Assembly: GCF_018350175.1 (NCBI RefSeq)
Contig: NC_058368.1
Coordinates: 176,454,001 to 176,518,000 of the forward strand
DNA from: Felis catus
Taxonomy: Eukaryota
Direction of reading: 5' to 3'
Length of the DNA: 64,000 nt
Under the pieces are notes generated by a model, which was not told the origin of the DNA, searched no databases, and was given only the letters and a program-made list of their open reading frames with translations. The translations under genes and the position numbers were made by a program. Positions 62,326 to 64,000 of the stretch are shown here, piece by piece (position 1 is the stretch's first letter; each line of letters starts with the position of its first letter).

Positions 62326-63145
62326 CCAGAGGCCCCCATTATGTTGCCCAGAAATAGGATGGCTTTGGACGGAAGAAAATCCGGGCTCACCCATTTTTCA
62401 GCCAGACCCTTAACTTGAGATAAGTAATACCTATTTGGCCAGGTGGTCATGAGGGTTAGATGACAAAGTGTCATTGCACAAGGCCTGGCACTAGAAGGTA
62501 CTCAGGAAGTACTGGCTTCATTTTCCCCTGGTGTCCCTTTTGAGATGGCAAGACCTGGCTGTGTAAATCTGCTGGTCTAAGTTGTCCTGAGGCCAACCCC
62601 TTGCAGTCCAAACAGTATGGTGCCTGGTCACCAGAGGCCCCCAGGTTGCTGCCCTCTGGGGCTCCCTTGCCAGGCAGCGAGAGAAGCAACGCAGGGTAGC
62701 GAAGGAGAACCGGAGCCTGGGAGCCCCCAGCCCCGCTTCACCTTGGCCTCCTTGTGTCCCTCCGGCCTCCGCTTTCCTCAGCTGGGGAATGGGCGAGTAA
62801 GCCCACCCTCACAGGGGTGGGGTGGGGTTCGGGGAGATCGGGGTGGGGGGGGACCTACCGTCTCCCCCCTCACCCAGGCCCCCCTCCAGATCACCCCTCC
62901 CCAGGCCCGCCCAGAGCCCGAGCACCCCGAGAGGGCAGCGGCCGGGACACAGGGAGGGGGCGCGGGAGTTGCGGACGTGCGTGAGGCCGGCTGCCTGGCA
63001 CGAATGGAATGCGCTGGCCCTGCCGAGAAGCTGTTCCTTCCGCAGGCCTCACGTCAGCGCCCAGCAGGAAGGGCCGGGCTGCCTCTCATTCCCAGCCATC
63101 CTCCTGGCTGGGGAAGTGGCTGAACAATAGGGCCTCCAGAGGGAC

Positions 63146-63292
63146 CGTGCCTGTGCGTGTGCGTGTGTGTGTGTGTGTGTGGCCTGTGTATGTGGTGGAG
63201 TGTGTGTGGGGGGGGGATGTCTGAGTGTGTAGGGGGGTGGGACATGTATGTGTGGGGTGTGTGTGTGTGTGTGTGTGCGTGCGTGTGTGTGT
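63146..63292. repeat. (TG)n-rich microsatellite
   Basis: Seen directly in the sequence. Confidence 0.85.
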
Positions 63293-64000
63293 CAGGGAGA
63301 ACAGGGAGAGGCCCTCTCGCTGGTTTTACTAGGGTGCCAGGCCTACGACCACATTTTCTCATTTAGCACCTAGAGCCACCCTGAAGAGAGCTCTAGAATC
63401 CTCACTGCACAGGAAACTGGTGCGGAGGGGGCCGCCGGAAGCCAAGCGGCTGTGTGCGCTGCTTAGGGAAGGCCCTGCTGGCTTCTGCCATCTTCCAGCA
63501 GTGCTTTTGGACTGAGGCTGGGGCAGGGGAGAGTCTGAAGAACCTTGCTGCGTGCCCTGGTTCTACAGTTCGTAGACAGTATGTGTGGACACGGCCTGGG
63601 TAAGAGAACTGAGTAAGAATAAGGCTGCGAGTCCACCAGCACCCCCATTTTACAGGTGGCCACCAGAGGCTCATAGTAATGTGCCTACTCAAACTGCGAG
63701 TACATATTTATTGTACCAAAAAGGATTGAAGCTCCTAAAGAGAAAGGAAGAATTGTAATTAGCCTTACCCTTTCCGTATGAAAGGTACCTGAGGGTAATG
63801 AAATGGTTGACGCAGGGAAGTTTCTATTTATAGATGTATACCTGCTTAAAAGTGTAGAAGGAATGATAGAATTAGAGACACAACATCTGTGAACCCCTGG
63901 TGGATGATTTGGGCAGCCGCAGCGGGACACATCGCAAAAAGGCGCCTCCTGATGGAAGGATGTGCGTCGCCCATGAGGTAGCCTTGCCCCAAACTCAAAT

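Noticed and set aside
63765..63798. Small hairpins (CCTTTC/GAAAGG, TTACCCT/AGGGTAA)
   Set aside because: Short, mutually overlapping stems expected by chance; no RNA family features.

Overview
Mammalian genomic DNA from a felid (about 31 Can-SINEs, including young SINEC_Fc-type copies, plus carnivore L1s). The only protein-coding gene is DUSP1 (MKP-1), intact on the + strand: 4 exons, join(42615..42981,43265..43410,43763..43982,44403..44773), 367 aa. It has a TATA/CRE/E-box CpG-island promoter and an ARE- and miRNA-rich 3' UTR. The rest is intergenic: SINEs, L1/L2/MIR, LTRs, hAT MITEs, microsatellites and candidate enhancers. I see no new protein-coding or RNA-gene system; nearly all other listed ORFs are repeat- or GC-derived noise. 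The strongest unexplained structure is regulatory. The decamer GAACATTCTG/CAGAATGTTC (a glucocorticoid-receptor 3/4-site that also contains the heat-shock core GAAnnTTC) occurs five times upstream of DUSP1, at about -28.9, -23.6, -6.4, -4.6 and -1.25 kb, and never downstream. There are also dense motif clusters at -10, -7, +5.7 and +20.6 kb, a triple-nested retroelement with a twin-primed L1, and a likely L1 3' transduction. Repeat family names and boundaries were assigned by eye and are approximate.
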